DNA from: Squalus acanthias
Lineage: Eukaryota
Length of the DNA stretch: 64,000 nt
Direction: 5' to 3'
Assembly: GCA_030390025.1 (NCBI GenBank)
Contig: CM059433.1
Coordinates: 17,920,001 to 17,984,000, forward strand
Part shown: piece by piece, positions 37,995-50,360 of the stretch
How positions within the stretch are numbered: position 1 is the first letter of the stretch
How the letters are laid out: every line of letters starts with the position of its first letter
Position numbers and translations under genes: made by a program
The notes under the pieces: model-generated
The model's input: only the letters and a program-made list of their open reading frames with translations
Databases searched by the model: none
What the model was told of the DNA's origin: nothing

Positions 37995-38808
37995 AAAGAA
38001 GAAGTGTTTTGGAGCTGAGATTTCCTCCAGTTAAACGCTGGGTGGACCGGAGCCATCATCATCAGCCCCTGCCACAAATTCCATACCCTTGTCGCCAATT
38101 CTGTCCCTCTCCCCTGCCACTATCTCAGGGCGAACCAGACTATTCGTAGCCTCGGTGTCCTATCGGCCCCATGCTGAGTTTTTGACCCTTTATTCTCTCC
38201 ATAACAAAGCGTGCCTAGTTCCACCTCCGTAATCACCCACTTCTGTCCCTACCTCAGCCCATCTGCTGCTGAAACCCTCCTCTATGCTTTTGTCGCCTTC
38301 AGTCTTGACTATTCCAACGCTCTCCAGGCCAGCCTCCCATTCTCTTCAGCATAAACTTCAGCTCATCAAAAGCTTTGTAGCCCATATCCTATCCTACACC
38401 TATTCTTGCTCACCAATGCCTCATATTTAAGATTCGCATCCACATATTTAAATCGTTTCATGGCCTCAGCCCTCCCTTTCTCTGTAACCACCCCACAAAC
38501 TTTCCATTCCTCTGACTCTAGCCTCTTGAGCACCGCCCCTCCCTTTGCCCCACCATTGGCAGCCGTGCCTTCAACCACCAAGGCCACTCGCTCCGAAATT
38601 CCCTGCCTAAGTCCTTCCACCTCTCCACCTCGCTCGCCCCATTTAAAACCCCCCTTAAAACCAACCTCTGACCAAACTTTGGGTTGCCCATTCTAATATC
38701 TCCTTCTTTGGCTTAGCATCCTTTTCATTGATTACACTCTATGAAGTGCGTTGAAATGTTTTTCAACATGAAGAATGCTATATTAATGCAAGTTGTTGTT
38801 GTTGTTGA
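37995..38808 (+). mobile_element. L2 LINE 3' fragment
   Basis: AETLLYAFVAFSLDYSNAL-like motif; tail aatgcaagttgttgttg. Confidence 0.75.
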
Positions 38809-39420
38809 AGCTTAATACCTGTAATGAAGGGACATTTATATCAACCCAGTGATGCTGCTGGACAGAATAATGCTCGGGGCTCTGCATTTTACATACATTA
38901 GCATATTAAACCATCCTTTGTCCCATGGGAGAAGCCTACAGACACATAAAGCACTTTCAACAGAATAGACACATCAAGCAGGTAAATAGCCTCAGACCAG
39001 TGCCTTTGAAATGACCTACGGCTTACCAGAGTGCAATGTGTATTCTCTCCAGCTTTCAGAAGCAGCTAACAGTAACTCAATGTAAAGTGACAGTCCGACT
39101 GCTGTAACAAGATAATTAAATGTATAATCATTTTTAATAGTTAGAATTGAGACTGAAAGTCCCTGTTCATCACATGTAAGAAGGTTAAAAGGTAATAAAG
39201 TATGATTAATTAGTTCAGATGATCTCATATGTGGCAAAAGGGAAGTTCAAACAACTTACACAATTTATCTTCCTCACTGCCTCCCAACTATAATACATAC
39301 AGTTGTCATTTTTCTTGTCTAACCTATCCTGACTTACTAATAATACAAATACTGCGGATGCTGGAAATCTGAAATAAAAACAGTTTATGCTGGAAACACT
39401 CAATAGGTCAGGCAACATCT

Positions 39421-41553
39421 TTTTCTTCATTCATGGGATGTGGGCGTCGCTGGCAAGGCCAGCATTCATTGCCCATTCCTAATTGCCTTTGAGAAAGTGG
39501 TGGTGAGCCGCCTTCTTGAACCGCTGCAGTCCATGTGGTGAAGGTACTCCCACAGTGCTGTTAGGGAGAGAGTTCCAGGATTTTGACCCAGCGACGATGA
39601 AGGATCGGCGATATATTTCCCAGTCAAGATGGTGTGTGACTTGAAGGGGAACTTTGAAGTGGTGGTGTTCCCATGCACCTGCTGCCCTTGTCCTTCTAGG
39701 TGGTAGAGGTCATGGGTTTGGGAGGTGCTGTCGAAGAAGCCTTAGCAAGTTGCTGCAGTGCATCTTGTGGATGGTATCTACTGCAGCCATGGTGCATCAG
39801 GTGGTGGAGAGAGTGAATGTTAAGGTGGTGGATGGGGCGCCAATCAAGCGGGCTACTTGAGTGTTGTTGGAGCTGCACTCATCCAGGCAAGTGGAAAGTA
39901 TTCCATCACACTCCTTACTTGTGCCTTGTAGAAGGTGGAAAGGCTTTGGGGAGTCAGGAGGTGAGACACCCACCGCAGAATACCCAGCCTCTGACCTGCT
40001 CTTGTGTCCACAGTATTTATGTGGCCGGTCCAGCGAAGTTTCTGGTCAATGGTGACCTCCACGATGTTGATGGTGGGGGATTAGGCGATAGTAATCCCAT
40101 TGAATGTCAATGGGAGGTGGCTAGACTCTCTAATGTTGGAGATGGTCATTGCATGATACTTGTGCAGCGTGAATGTTACTTGCCACTTATCAGCCCAAGC
40201 CTGAATGTTGTCCAGGACTTGCTGCATACGGGCACGGACTGCTTCATTATTTGAGGAGTTGCGAATGGAACTGAACACTGTCCAATCATCAGCAAACATC
40301 CCCACTTCTGATCTTATGATGGAGGGAAGGGTCATTGATGACGGAGCTGAAGATAGTTGGGCCTAGGACACTGCCCTGAGGAACTCCTGCAGCAATGTTC
40401 GGGAGCTGAGATGATTGGTCTCCAACAACCACAACCATCTTCCTTTGTGCTAGGTATGACTCCAGCCAGTGGAGAGTTTTCCCCCTGATTCCCATTGACT
40501 TCAATTTTACTAGGGCTCCTTGATGCCACCCTCGGTCAAATGCTGCCTTGATGTCAAGGGCAGTCACTCTCACCTCACCTCTGGAATTCCGCTCTTTTGT
40601 CCATGTTTGGACCAAGTTTGTGGTCCTGTTGGAACCAAAACTGAGCTTTGGTAAGCAGGTTATTGGTGAGTAAGTACCACTTGATAGCACTGTCAATGAC
40701 ACCATCCATCACTTTGCTGTTGATTGAGAGTATGATGGGGTGTTAATTGGCCGGATTGGATTTGTCCTGCTTTTTGTGGACAGGACATATCTGGGCAATT
40801 TTCCACTTTGTCGGGTAGATGCCAGTGTTGTAGCTGTACTGGAACAGCTTGGCTAGAGGCGCAGCTCATTCTGGAGCATAAGTCTTCTGCACGACAGCTG
40901 GGAAGTTGTCGGGGCCCAGAGCCTTTGCTGTATCCAGTGCGCTCAGCTGTTTCTTGATATCACATGGAGTGAACCAAATTTCTGAAGACTGACTTCTGTG
41001 ATTGTGGGGACCTCAGGAGGAGGCCGAGATGGATCATCCACTCGGCTCTTCTGGCTGAAGATGGTTGCAAACGCTTCAGCCTTGTATTTTGCACTTACGT
41101 GCTGGGCGCCACCATCATTGAGGATTGGATGTTCACGGAGCCTCCTCCTCCCATTAGTTGTTTAATTTTCCACAACCATTCACAACTGGACGTGACAAGA
41201 CTGCAGAGCTTTGATCTGATCCATTGGTTGTGGGAATCGCTTAGCTCTATCTATAGCATGCTGCTTCCGCTGATTAGCATGCATGTAGTCCTGTGTTGTA
41301 GCTTCACCTGGTTGGCACCTCATTTTTAGGTACACCTGGTGCTTCTCCTGGTATGCTCTTCTACACTCCTCATTGAACCAGGGTTGGTCCCCTGGCTTGA
41401 CGGTAATGGTAGAGTGAGGGATATGCCGGGCCATGAGGTTACAGATTGTGATGGTATACAATTCTGCTGCTGCTGATTGCCCACAGCGCTAGAATTGTAT
41501 ACCACCACAATCTGTAACCTCATGGCCCGGCATATCCCTCACTCTACCATTAC
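39421..41553 (-). mobile_element. 5'-truncated non-LTR retrotransposon (CR1/Jockey-group RT, a different family from the other CR1s)
   Basis: QPWFNEEC, ALDIKAAFDRGWH, GVPQGSVLGP, MFADD and YKAQVRSVMEY motifs. CATCT duplicated at both ends. Confidence 0.88.
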
Positions 41554-41575
41554 CATCTGTGGAGAGAGAGTTAAT

Positions 41576-43123
41576 GGGCTGGATTTTAATGTGCAGGAGT
41601 GCCTGCGACAGCATCCTACTCATGCTTAAGGCGGACTCCTCCAATGTCTCTGCAATCGTGGACAGTATGCTTGGAACTCCAGTCAGTACATCGCACAATC
41701 TCTGCTGCTGCTCAATGATTATCCTCTTCATCGACAGCCCCCGGGATACAGAGCTTGGAGAGGCCTGCGCCTTTCGACGCAGACTCTCCACTGCTGCCCC
41801 TGACTCCACCATCTGCTCTTGCTCACTTGTGACGTATGAGTCACCAGGTGAAAACCCAACTTTCTCTCTTACTGGTTCCACCAAATGCGAGTATCTGAGC
41901 TGGTGCATGGTCTGCATAGGCCCTGTGACGGTGCACCCTCAGGGGGATTGACCTCCTCTGAGGGGGCGGCGGTGGCAACCTCAACCAACTCCTGCTGGAC
42001 ACGTGAGGGCCCTGTGGGAGATCAAAAACATGAATGAGTACTGTCAAGGTAAGAATGTTTGAAGTTATCATTATGAACATGCTCATATTTCACTCACTGT
42101 TGACATGAAGTCAACATGACTGAGTGTTTTATGCGATGTAGCTGTCTGATATTTAATTCTTTCACCAGGTAGCTGGGACGCCCCTATCTCCCCATCTCCG
42201 ATGGCCCGGCCTGCCACGATTCCAAGGATCTCCAGCACCTCCTCCACTGCAGCTGTTAGTTGCGAGATGGCTGGAGGGCCGCCTCTGGTTCTCTGCCTCT
42301 CCCTGGTGTTCTGTGCTCTCTTCTCCTGCAAGGAGGGAAAGAAGAGACCTATGAGTGAGAGTAGTGGCATGTGTTCACCCAGTGGATGGAGAGCATTAGT
42401 TGAAGATGACTGTGAGGGAGAGGCAATGACATTGCATAAGGATGAGGGCGAGTGTCAGTAGTGGATGGATAGATGGGGATGCGAGGAAGTGCATAGACAG
42501 AGAGGGATGGGTGCACCTGTAAGGTAAGTTGATGTGAGGAGTGATGTGCTGGACTAGGCTTGAGATGGCAGAGTGAGGGGGTTGGGGTGAAACGCACATC
42601 AGGGTGTAGCTGAATGTGCCACTGCTCTCACCTTTCCTGCCCTGGTTAGGTCATTAAACCACTTACTGCATGGGAACCAGGAGCGTGGCACTACGCTCCT
42701 GCTGCTGATCTCTTGTGCCACTTCCAACCACGCCTTCTTGGTTTCCCAGCTGGCTTCTTCCTCCCGTTGCTAGGCAGAAGTATCTCCCTCCGGATCCTCA
42801 CAGCCCCCAGCAGCACATCCAGGGTGGCGTCGGTAAAGTGGGGCGGACCCTTTGATCGTCTAGCTTCCATTTCTGACCTTCCTCCTCTCTTCCAGCTGCT
42901 TCAACTTGCATGTTTGGAAGCTCCCTTTAAATACTGGAGTTGAGATCGCGTCATGCGGGTTGTCATCACGCTCGCTGACGCTAATTGGCAGGGAAACCCG
43001 GAAATGTTAATGAAGTGGCTGCGTTAAAAATCCTCCTACAGACGCGTTTAACATATTTCCAGGTTTCTCACGCGCGATCGGGCCCTCCCGCTCCCAGCGC
43101 GTCTGCACATTAAAATCCAGCCC
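41576..43123 (-). mobile_element. Non-autonomous PIF/Harbinger retaining a spliced Myb/SANT-like gene (exons 42870-42632, 42325-42166, 42011 to about 41600)
   Basis: TIRs GGGCTGGATTTTAATGTGCAG...CTGCACATTAAAATCCAGCCC, TSD AAT. MEARRSKGPPHFTDATLDVLLGAVRIRREILLPSNGRKKP/TKKAWLEVAQEISSRSVVPRSWFPCSKWFNDLTRAGK|gt..ag|EKRAQNTRERQRTRGGPP, with one frameshift. Confidence 0.88.
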
Positions 43124-44248
43124 AATGTTTCAGGTCGATGACCTCTCGTCAGAACTAATAATCACAGCTTTCTGTGATCATTGCAAACGGCATGATGCAA
43201 ACAAGTAGCAGTTCATCAATCACGTATCTAACAGAAGACTGTTTTACAGTGAGATACTGGGTTATTTACTCTGTGTATTATGAACCAGTTGTGCCCCATT
43301 TTTTTATTATTCCTGAAATAGATCTGTATAAACCAGTGTGAAAATAGATCTATGGTTTCTATTTCTTTTCCACTTCTCACTGAAATAACAGGTTTTATTG
43401 ATGAGGTTGACTGGTGAGTGTTAAGAACAAAATTGGAAAACGTGACAGGCCAAGAACAACACAGTCAACTTGACAAAGTGCCCCAATCATTCTCCAAATC
43501 TGTTTGTTGGGACTGATGTTATTTTTTTTTGAATTAGAGAAGCCTGCAGATTGTGTGTTTCTGAAAGTAAGCAGCCTGACTCCATTTCATGCTTGGTGTT
43601 CACTTCATCTTTCTGAATGATTATCAGAAGCATTTTCATGTCATAATATTAAACCTGGCGCTTTATTACTTTATGGGAACACTATTGACATGGTCCTGGC
43701 ATTCATCTCCTTCTAAAATTGTCAAACTAAAACAGCAAAATAAATCAAAAATTACAGCATTGTATACCTGCAACACCATTACATGAATAGCTTAGGGAGG
43801 AGGCAGAAAAAATTAAAAATGTAAATTCATTTGCAATATATGACCATCCAAAGCTGAAGCGTACGACAAGCGCCATTTAACATTGTGAACCAAACTCTGA
43901 TCTCGACCTTAAATGGTAATGGGAATGGTGTTTACTTTATTCTTAAGCATAAGTATGTTAAAGCACAGTCTGAACACCTCATATACATACATGCATTGTA
44001 GCAAGTAAAGGGGTATATCCTATTGCTTTCAAACCTTAAGGAATCAGGAAAAAGAAAATCTGTTCAGAATAGTGCAGAATAATCAAAGCCTTCTTCTGGC
44101 ATAAGCTGCTGATGCTATAATCAATGCCATTGTTTTCTGCAGGTTACATTCATTGCTACTAATTAATGCAATTAACTCACTTGATGACATGACTAATTTC
44201 TGCAAAGGTATAATGTTTTTTCCCCTGCAAAGTTTCAACAGTTTTCAT

Positions 44249-44956
44249 GGGGCAGAGTTTCCGCTCAGTCGCACTGGTTTTTTTCGACGCAATCCGCCCG
44301 AAATTGGCATAATCCCCGCAAAAGATCACGGAATTTTAAGCACAAATGACATTCGAGTTTCTGCGATATTTTGCAATAGTCTAAAAAACATCGCGCTAGA
44401 AGTTGGCCCACGAGATTGGCCGCACCCGCAGATCGAATTCATCACCTTGGCGAGTTTCCGCTAATTGCGCCTGTTTGCAGGCCATTGAGGAGGCTGTTGA
44501 GCTGTTTCTTTTGGGTACAAGGCACGTTTTAAAAGCTTCTAAATGTAATTTTTTTTTTAATTTACTAAGAAACTGACTACTGTACCCCAATATAACTAGC
44601 AAATGGTTCTGCATATGTTTTAAAAGTCATTTTCAGTCATTTAAAATCGGGTTACTCACCAGTGATGGATTAACACTGTGATTAAACATGCTTATTTTTT
44701 GTGATAAGCCCATTTTCAGCTGTATTAATCAACATGGACAGAGTTACCACTTTTAAAAATATCAAGTAATATTTTTTATAGCAACATTTTTTTTTTTAAA
44801 TGACATTTAAAGCGCTGCCCAATTGCACTGGCTAATGGCAGATTTTGCATTTGGCGATATGCAAATGAGTTTGAGCCGAACCTCGAGAGAAAAAAATCTT
44901 CTCGAAATGAACTTCGCAATTTGTGCCCGGATCGCCCAAAGTGGAAACTCTACCCC
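44249..44956. mobile_element. PIF/Harbinger-like MITE
   Basis: TIRs GGGGCAGAGTTTCCGCT...AGTGGAAACTCTACCCC; CAT/ATG flanks. Confidence 0.78.
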
Positions 44957-45007
44957 ATGTTTTTAATTTGCTAATTCACCTGCAGAGGGTGATGTAGTAA
45001 TGCAACA

Positions 45008-45110
45008 CTGTGCCAATGCGCTGTGCCAACGCGCAGTGCCAATGTGCTGTGCCAATGTGCTGTGCCAATGTGCTGTGCCAATGCGCTGTGCCAATGTGCT
45101 GTGCCAACGC
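45008..45110. repeat. 13-bp minisatellite (CTGTGCCAATGYG)n, about 8 units
   Basis: Direct tandem repeat. Confidence 0.92.
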
Positions 45111-46729
45111 ACCCACAGCCATAGGGTGTGAGCTCGGCCGCATGATTTTCTGCATGTGGCAATGCGATTGGAGGTCAATCAGTTTCCCCCAGGCTGGGAG
45201 GGACAGGGAAATAGGGAAAAAAGTCAGAGAGTGCCACTGCAGTCTACATGCTTTTAGGGGCTGACCGAGGAGGGGCGTTACCAGGATCCTGGGTGTAAAA
45301 TCGCCAGCCTGGAAATGCTATTCGTTGGCAGGAGCTTCAAGATTGTGTAAAAAAAAAAGGCGAAACCCCATATAAAAGCACACATGACATAATCTATGAA
45401 AAGTTTAACAATTCAATAAGTTGTCCAGTAAACCCATTAAGTTTCCTGACTGTATTCAAGATTTCTGCAGGTAATTAGGTTGGAATAAAATTACAGTAGC
45501 CATCTTTTGTGTAAAATATTTTCAAATATAGTACTTTTGGAGTAGAATTGTTTCGACAACTATATGAAAACTGTTCAGAGACTTACTAATTACCATTGAG
45601 AAAAATTAATGTAAAATCAATACCATATAATTAAATATTACACTTCATTACAACTCACTTTATCATGTTTAACTTTCATAAAATGCAGTCAAATTATACC
45701 CTAATAGGCATCAACAACATTTCTAATTGTTACTTCAATTAATATTTGATTTAATTTGCAATTGCCAAGAATTCATAGCAGTGCATTAAAAATAGAGTTC
45801 ATAGAAAGAAGATTTAGGATTTAGTATTAACAGGATTAACATGAAGATGTTATTCATTATTCTAGGTGTGTTCGTATCAAAATTATCTCTAAGAAGAGGT
45901 TACAGCAGGAATCACAGGCTTCCTGAGAAGAAGGGAGAAAACTGGTTAAAGAATGATAGGAAAGTTGTGGGTTGAATTTTGTTGCAACACATCCACGACT
46001 TAGGAGCGACTGACTAATTGCCTAGGTTCCCTTTGCCCCGCGACAAAACGGCAAAGTGGGATGCAGTTTGTCGGCCCATAACTTTAAGATTAAGAAATAT
46101 ACCTGTTGGCCACTATTGTGCTGAGATCCGTCACCCTGCTCCCCATAATTAAACATTTCGTTCCTGTGTTTAGCGTACTTCCCTGCAGTGCCTTACCTGC
46201 TGCCCGGCCAATGTAAGTGTTGTATATACTAATAGATGACAACAGGCCAGTGAGAGAAACACATTTCTCAGTGAGCAGAATGAGCAGCCAGTCGAATGTC
46301 CAGTTCCAATTCTTTGGTTTACAATCAATCATAACAAAGCTTTCTAGACACTCACTCCTCTTAAAGTGAATTCATGCTTTAGGCACCCTGATCTAATCTG
46401 AAAATGTTGGCTAGCAAAATCGATACCTGCTTTCACATGGGTACCAATTAGTTAGATTAGAGGAGTGGGCAAGTTGCTGAGTGAGCATTTAAGACACGAG
46501 ATGGCACGAGTTGTCAGGCCGGAGAACACAATGCAGATTAGGATGTGAGACTACGGTCAATATTAAATCGAAGGGATATGCAGGAGGATATTACTTACTT
46601 CTGACCAGTTTCAATTTCAGAAATGTGAAGTTTACAGTTTTTTTTAATCCGATGACTTCCTGCATTGTATTTAATTTAATTTGATTCCCCTTCTTTTAAA
46701 AAAATGATTTTTTTTCCCCCTTTATTTAG

Positions 46730-46834
46730 CATTCCCCCTCTACGGCATGCAGCATTCCTCGCCGAGAAATCGGGAACTCAGCGCGTGGGGAGTTTCAGGC
46801 ATGACAACACGTCCTAACACTCCGCAGCATATTG
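46730..46834 (+). CDS. Candidate alternative symmetric (phase 1-1) DLGAP2 cassette exon, 105 nt
   Basis: Long polypyrimidine tract, tttag|CA acceptor, TTG|gtacac donor. Length is divisible by 3 and the frame left by exon C stays open: (A)FPLYGMQHSSPRNRELSAWGVSGMTTRPNTPQHI. No homology recognised. Confidence 0.5.
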
Positions 46835-47049
46835 GTACACCAGCACCGAGCACTTGCTCTGTGCTTTATTCTCTCTCTGTCTCCGTCTCTGTCAAATCGT
46901 GGCATGATTTCTTGCTGTCTCTGGGTGTTAGTGATGTGATTCTGTGTCGTTTCTCCAGTCTCGACAGGAAAATAGGATGAAAAGTCTGAAGTGTAACCAG
47001 GTTGGACAGGTCATAGATTAGAATGGAAGCCACTGGGGAAATAACAGCA

Positions 47050-47875
47050 GCGACAACAACTTGCATTTATATAGCACCTTTAATGTGGAAAAGCACCTCA
47101 CGGTGCTTCACAGGAGCGTAATCAGATAAAAATTGACAACGAGCCAAAGAAGGAGATATTAGGAGGGGTGAATAAACGTTTGGTCAAAGAGATAGGTTTA
47201 AAGGAGGAGAGGGAGGTGGACAGGTGTAGGGAAGGAATTCCCGAGCATAGGGCCTAGATGGCTGAAGGCACGGCCACCAATGGTGGGGCGAAGGGTGTGG
47301 GGATACATAAGAATTGGAGGAAGGTAGAGTTTTTTCGAGGGTTGGAGGGTGTTACGGGAAGGCCATGGTGCGATTTCAACACAAGGAGGAGAAATTTCAA
47401 TTTGAGGCATGAGTGGACCAGGTAGGATAAGGACAACTGAGTTTTGGATGAGCTCAAGTTTATGGAGGTCGGAAGATGGGAGGCCGGCCAGGAGAGCGTG
47501 GGAATATTCTACCCTGGAGGGAACAAAACCATGTATGAGGGTTTCAGCATCAGATGGTACAAGCCAGGGGAGATATTGCGGAGATGAAAGTTGGCAGTCT
47601 TTGTGATGAAGCGGATGTGGAGTCGGAAGCTCAGCTCAGGGTCAAATAGGAAGCTGAGGTTACTACAGTCTGGTGCAGCCTGAGACAGTGACCAGGGAGG
47701 GGGGCGGGATTGGTGATGGGGGAACAGAGTTTATGGCAAGGGCCGAACACAATGGCTTCAGTCTACCTGGTGTTTAATTGCAGGAAATTTTGGCTCATCC
47801 AGGACTGGATAGCGGACAAGCAGGCTGGCGATGCAGAGGCAGTGGAGGGGTCGAGGGAGGTAGAGCTGGGTGTCA
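47050..47875 (-). mobile_element. L2 LINE 3' fragment
   Basis: Tail caacaacttgcatttatatagcacc; RPTIGGRAFSHLGP-like L2 C-terminus on the minus strand. Confidence 0.78.
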
Positions 47876-48630
47876 AGTAATTATGTAGTACAGTGATTTT
47901 CAAAGGCACAGAAAAATAATCATGAATTTAATGTGAATAAAAATGAAAAAATACGTAACACATTCAGAGGATGGGAATACTGTTAATAAGATGGTTATAA
48001 GCTAGATAGGCGAAGGCAAGTGTGTGACAATCATGCAAAGAAAAATATATATAGAAACGGAAAACTACAAATGAATCAGTTAGGAAGACAGGAGAGAGAG
48101 AGAGAGAGGATCAACTCTATAAAAGGTGAGCCATCTATTATCGCTATTACTACTGGCATGAGTGCCAGCACTAATTTCCGTCATGCACCACAGCGCAGGA
48201 TGTTTACATACTAGGTTGCCGCACATGGTTTTTCCTACTCTTCACATTCACAAATCCTCATTTGAATCTAGCTACTTCCTTACTTCTTCAGCTTGTGCCA
48301 GTGTGCTGCACTAAGGGGGAATGGCAGCAGACCAAGTCCCGGGTAACTCCAACAGACATTCCATTTTCAAGAAAGCAAAGGGCAGCTCAATCGGAGGCAA
48401 GGATTTCAACCATTCTTTTACTCTAGTAAAAAATTTCTCAGGTGGGTTCAAAGCTTAATGCCTGCTGAGATCGCGCACAAGCCTGTAGAATTGCTTGACA
48501 CCGCTGAGCTAAGAGCAGAGGCGTGCACAGGACCAGAAGACATCATTGGCCAAATTGGCCAATCCCAAAGTTAAAAAAAAACCAAACAGTGTCTCTCATA
48601 TTCCTCAATTACTTTATCTGCCAACCATGG

Positions 48631-48845
48631 TGACGTAAGAAAACTACTAGGCACTTGGTCTAAGCGTTAAACAAAGCTTTAATCAACTGTTTTTCAACAT
48701 GGCGATCTAGTGTCCTTCACTAGTTCCTGTTGAGGAATGTCCTAAGCAAGCTGGGCCCATGCCCGAGTATTTATACTCTCCCTGGACAGCGCCGCCAGCA
48801 GGCCGCCCAGTATTACTTCATACATGAATGACAAGATTCATGTCA
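48631..48845 (-). mobile_element. Solo LTR, 215 bp
   Basis: TGAC...GTCA termini, 5-bp TSD CATGG, minus-strand TATAAATA followed by ATTAAA. Confidence 0.72.
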
Positions 48846-49647
48846 CATGGTCTTTCCTACCATTCACATTCACAAATCTTCATCTAGCTACTTCCTGACT
48901 GCATCAGCTTCTATCTATCCAGTTCCTTCTTAAATGCGCTAGCACTACATGCCTCCCCTGGTAGTTTATTCTATATATTCACCATCCTCTATCTTAAGCT
49001 CTGGTAGCTCAGTCCAAGAAACAACTGCAAACTTTCATTGAATATGAGACTGACTTTTTTTCACGTTATGCTGAATTTGGTTTCCGGCTTTGAGTTTGAA
49101 AAGTGATTTGAGGATATGGGTTTAAAATCTACGATCCTAGGCTTGAATCTAGGTGATCACCTTTAAAGAACACACAACATCAAAACAAGGTGTTCTTTCT
49201 GTCTCATTAATGTATGTGTGGTAAAGAGATTTAAAATTATTACAATTTAGAAACTACTAATCCTGAATTGAATTAGTTTCCTGGTTGAAAAGTTGGCATT
49301 TGTTTTTATCAGAAACAGACAAAGTTAATTTTAAACTTATTCCAACTGCCTAAGCTGATTGTACTAAAATTAAGATGGAGTTTAGTGTCACTGGCTACTT
49401 ACAACACATTAAGGTAGCAGAAGCAGAACGATGCCAATTGAGATACACTGAAGTATGTCAGACACTGCTTCCACAGCACAGGTTGTTCACGCAGCTGAAC
49501 AGATCTTTCTTAAGGGGTCTCACAACCGGCAAAGTGGAAATGCTTTCCAGTGAGAGCTTAGTAAGAGGCTGAAGAACAGAAAGAAAGCTGGCATACAATA
49601 TAAAATTGCAAAGCTGTTAAATACTGTACTGTTGTTACACATGATAT

Positions 49648-50165
49648 CGTCTTCTTCTTCTTAGGCAGTGCCTCGGAACCGAGGATGACTTGCTTCCACA
49701 CTAAAAATGAGTTCTCAGGTGACTGATGAGTCCAATGCGGGACCTACAGTCTCTGTCACAGGTGGGGCAGACGGTGGGTGGGGTGCTTGGGTTGACGTGC
49801 GCTCCTTGCGCTGTTTGCGCTTGGCTTCCGCTTGCTCCCGGCGAAGAGACTCGAGGTGTTCGGCGCCTTCCCGGATGCTTCTCCTCCACTTTGTGCAGTC
49901 TTGGGCCAGGGATTCCCAGGTGTCGGTGGGGATGTTGCACTTTTTCAAGGAGGCTTTGAGGGTGTCCTTGAAGCATTTCCTCTGCCCACCTGGGGCTCTC
50001 TTGCTGTGTCGGAGCTCCGAGTAGAGCGCTTGTTTTGGGAGTCTCGTATCGGGCATGCGGACGATATGACCCGTCCATCGCAAGATCCTGCAAATCCATT
50101 GGCAGGATAGGCACACCAATGTCAGTTTTCTCGCTCAGGCCAACATCCCCAGCATCGAAGCTCTG
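49648..50165 (-). mobile_element. RTE-clade LINE 3' fragment with an inverted 5' segment
   Basis: LRWTGHIVRMPDTRLPKQALYSEL...; C2H2 tail CPTCDRDCRSRIGLISHLRTH; (GAA)n tail; 11-bp TSD ACACATGATAT. Confidence 0.92.
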
Positions 50166-50360
50166 ACACATGATATGCTGCAATATGTTCCTCAACTACT
50201 GATACTTCATGGCAGGAACTGTTACATTGAAAGGCGTTTCAGTACTTAAGAGAGTTCCAGGAATTCTGTTTGCATTGTGGTTTCATGGAAACGCTCCAAA
50301 ATAAATAATTTTATTGGTTAAAAAAAAATCATGAAATACATCTTAAACCTAAGAAATAAT

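Larger units (their letters stand above)
39341..43157 (-). mobile_element. Penelope-like fragment broken into three pieces (39341-39420, 41554-41575, 43124-43157)
   Basis: The pieces rejoin into the reverse complement of 30855-30985. The hammerhead half GTTCTGACGAGAGGTCATCGACCTGAAACATT reads on the minus strand. Confidence 0.75.
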
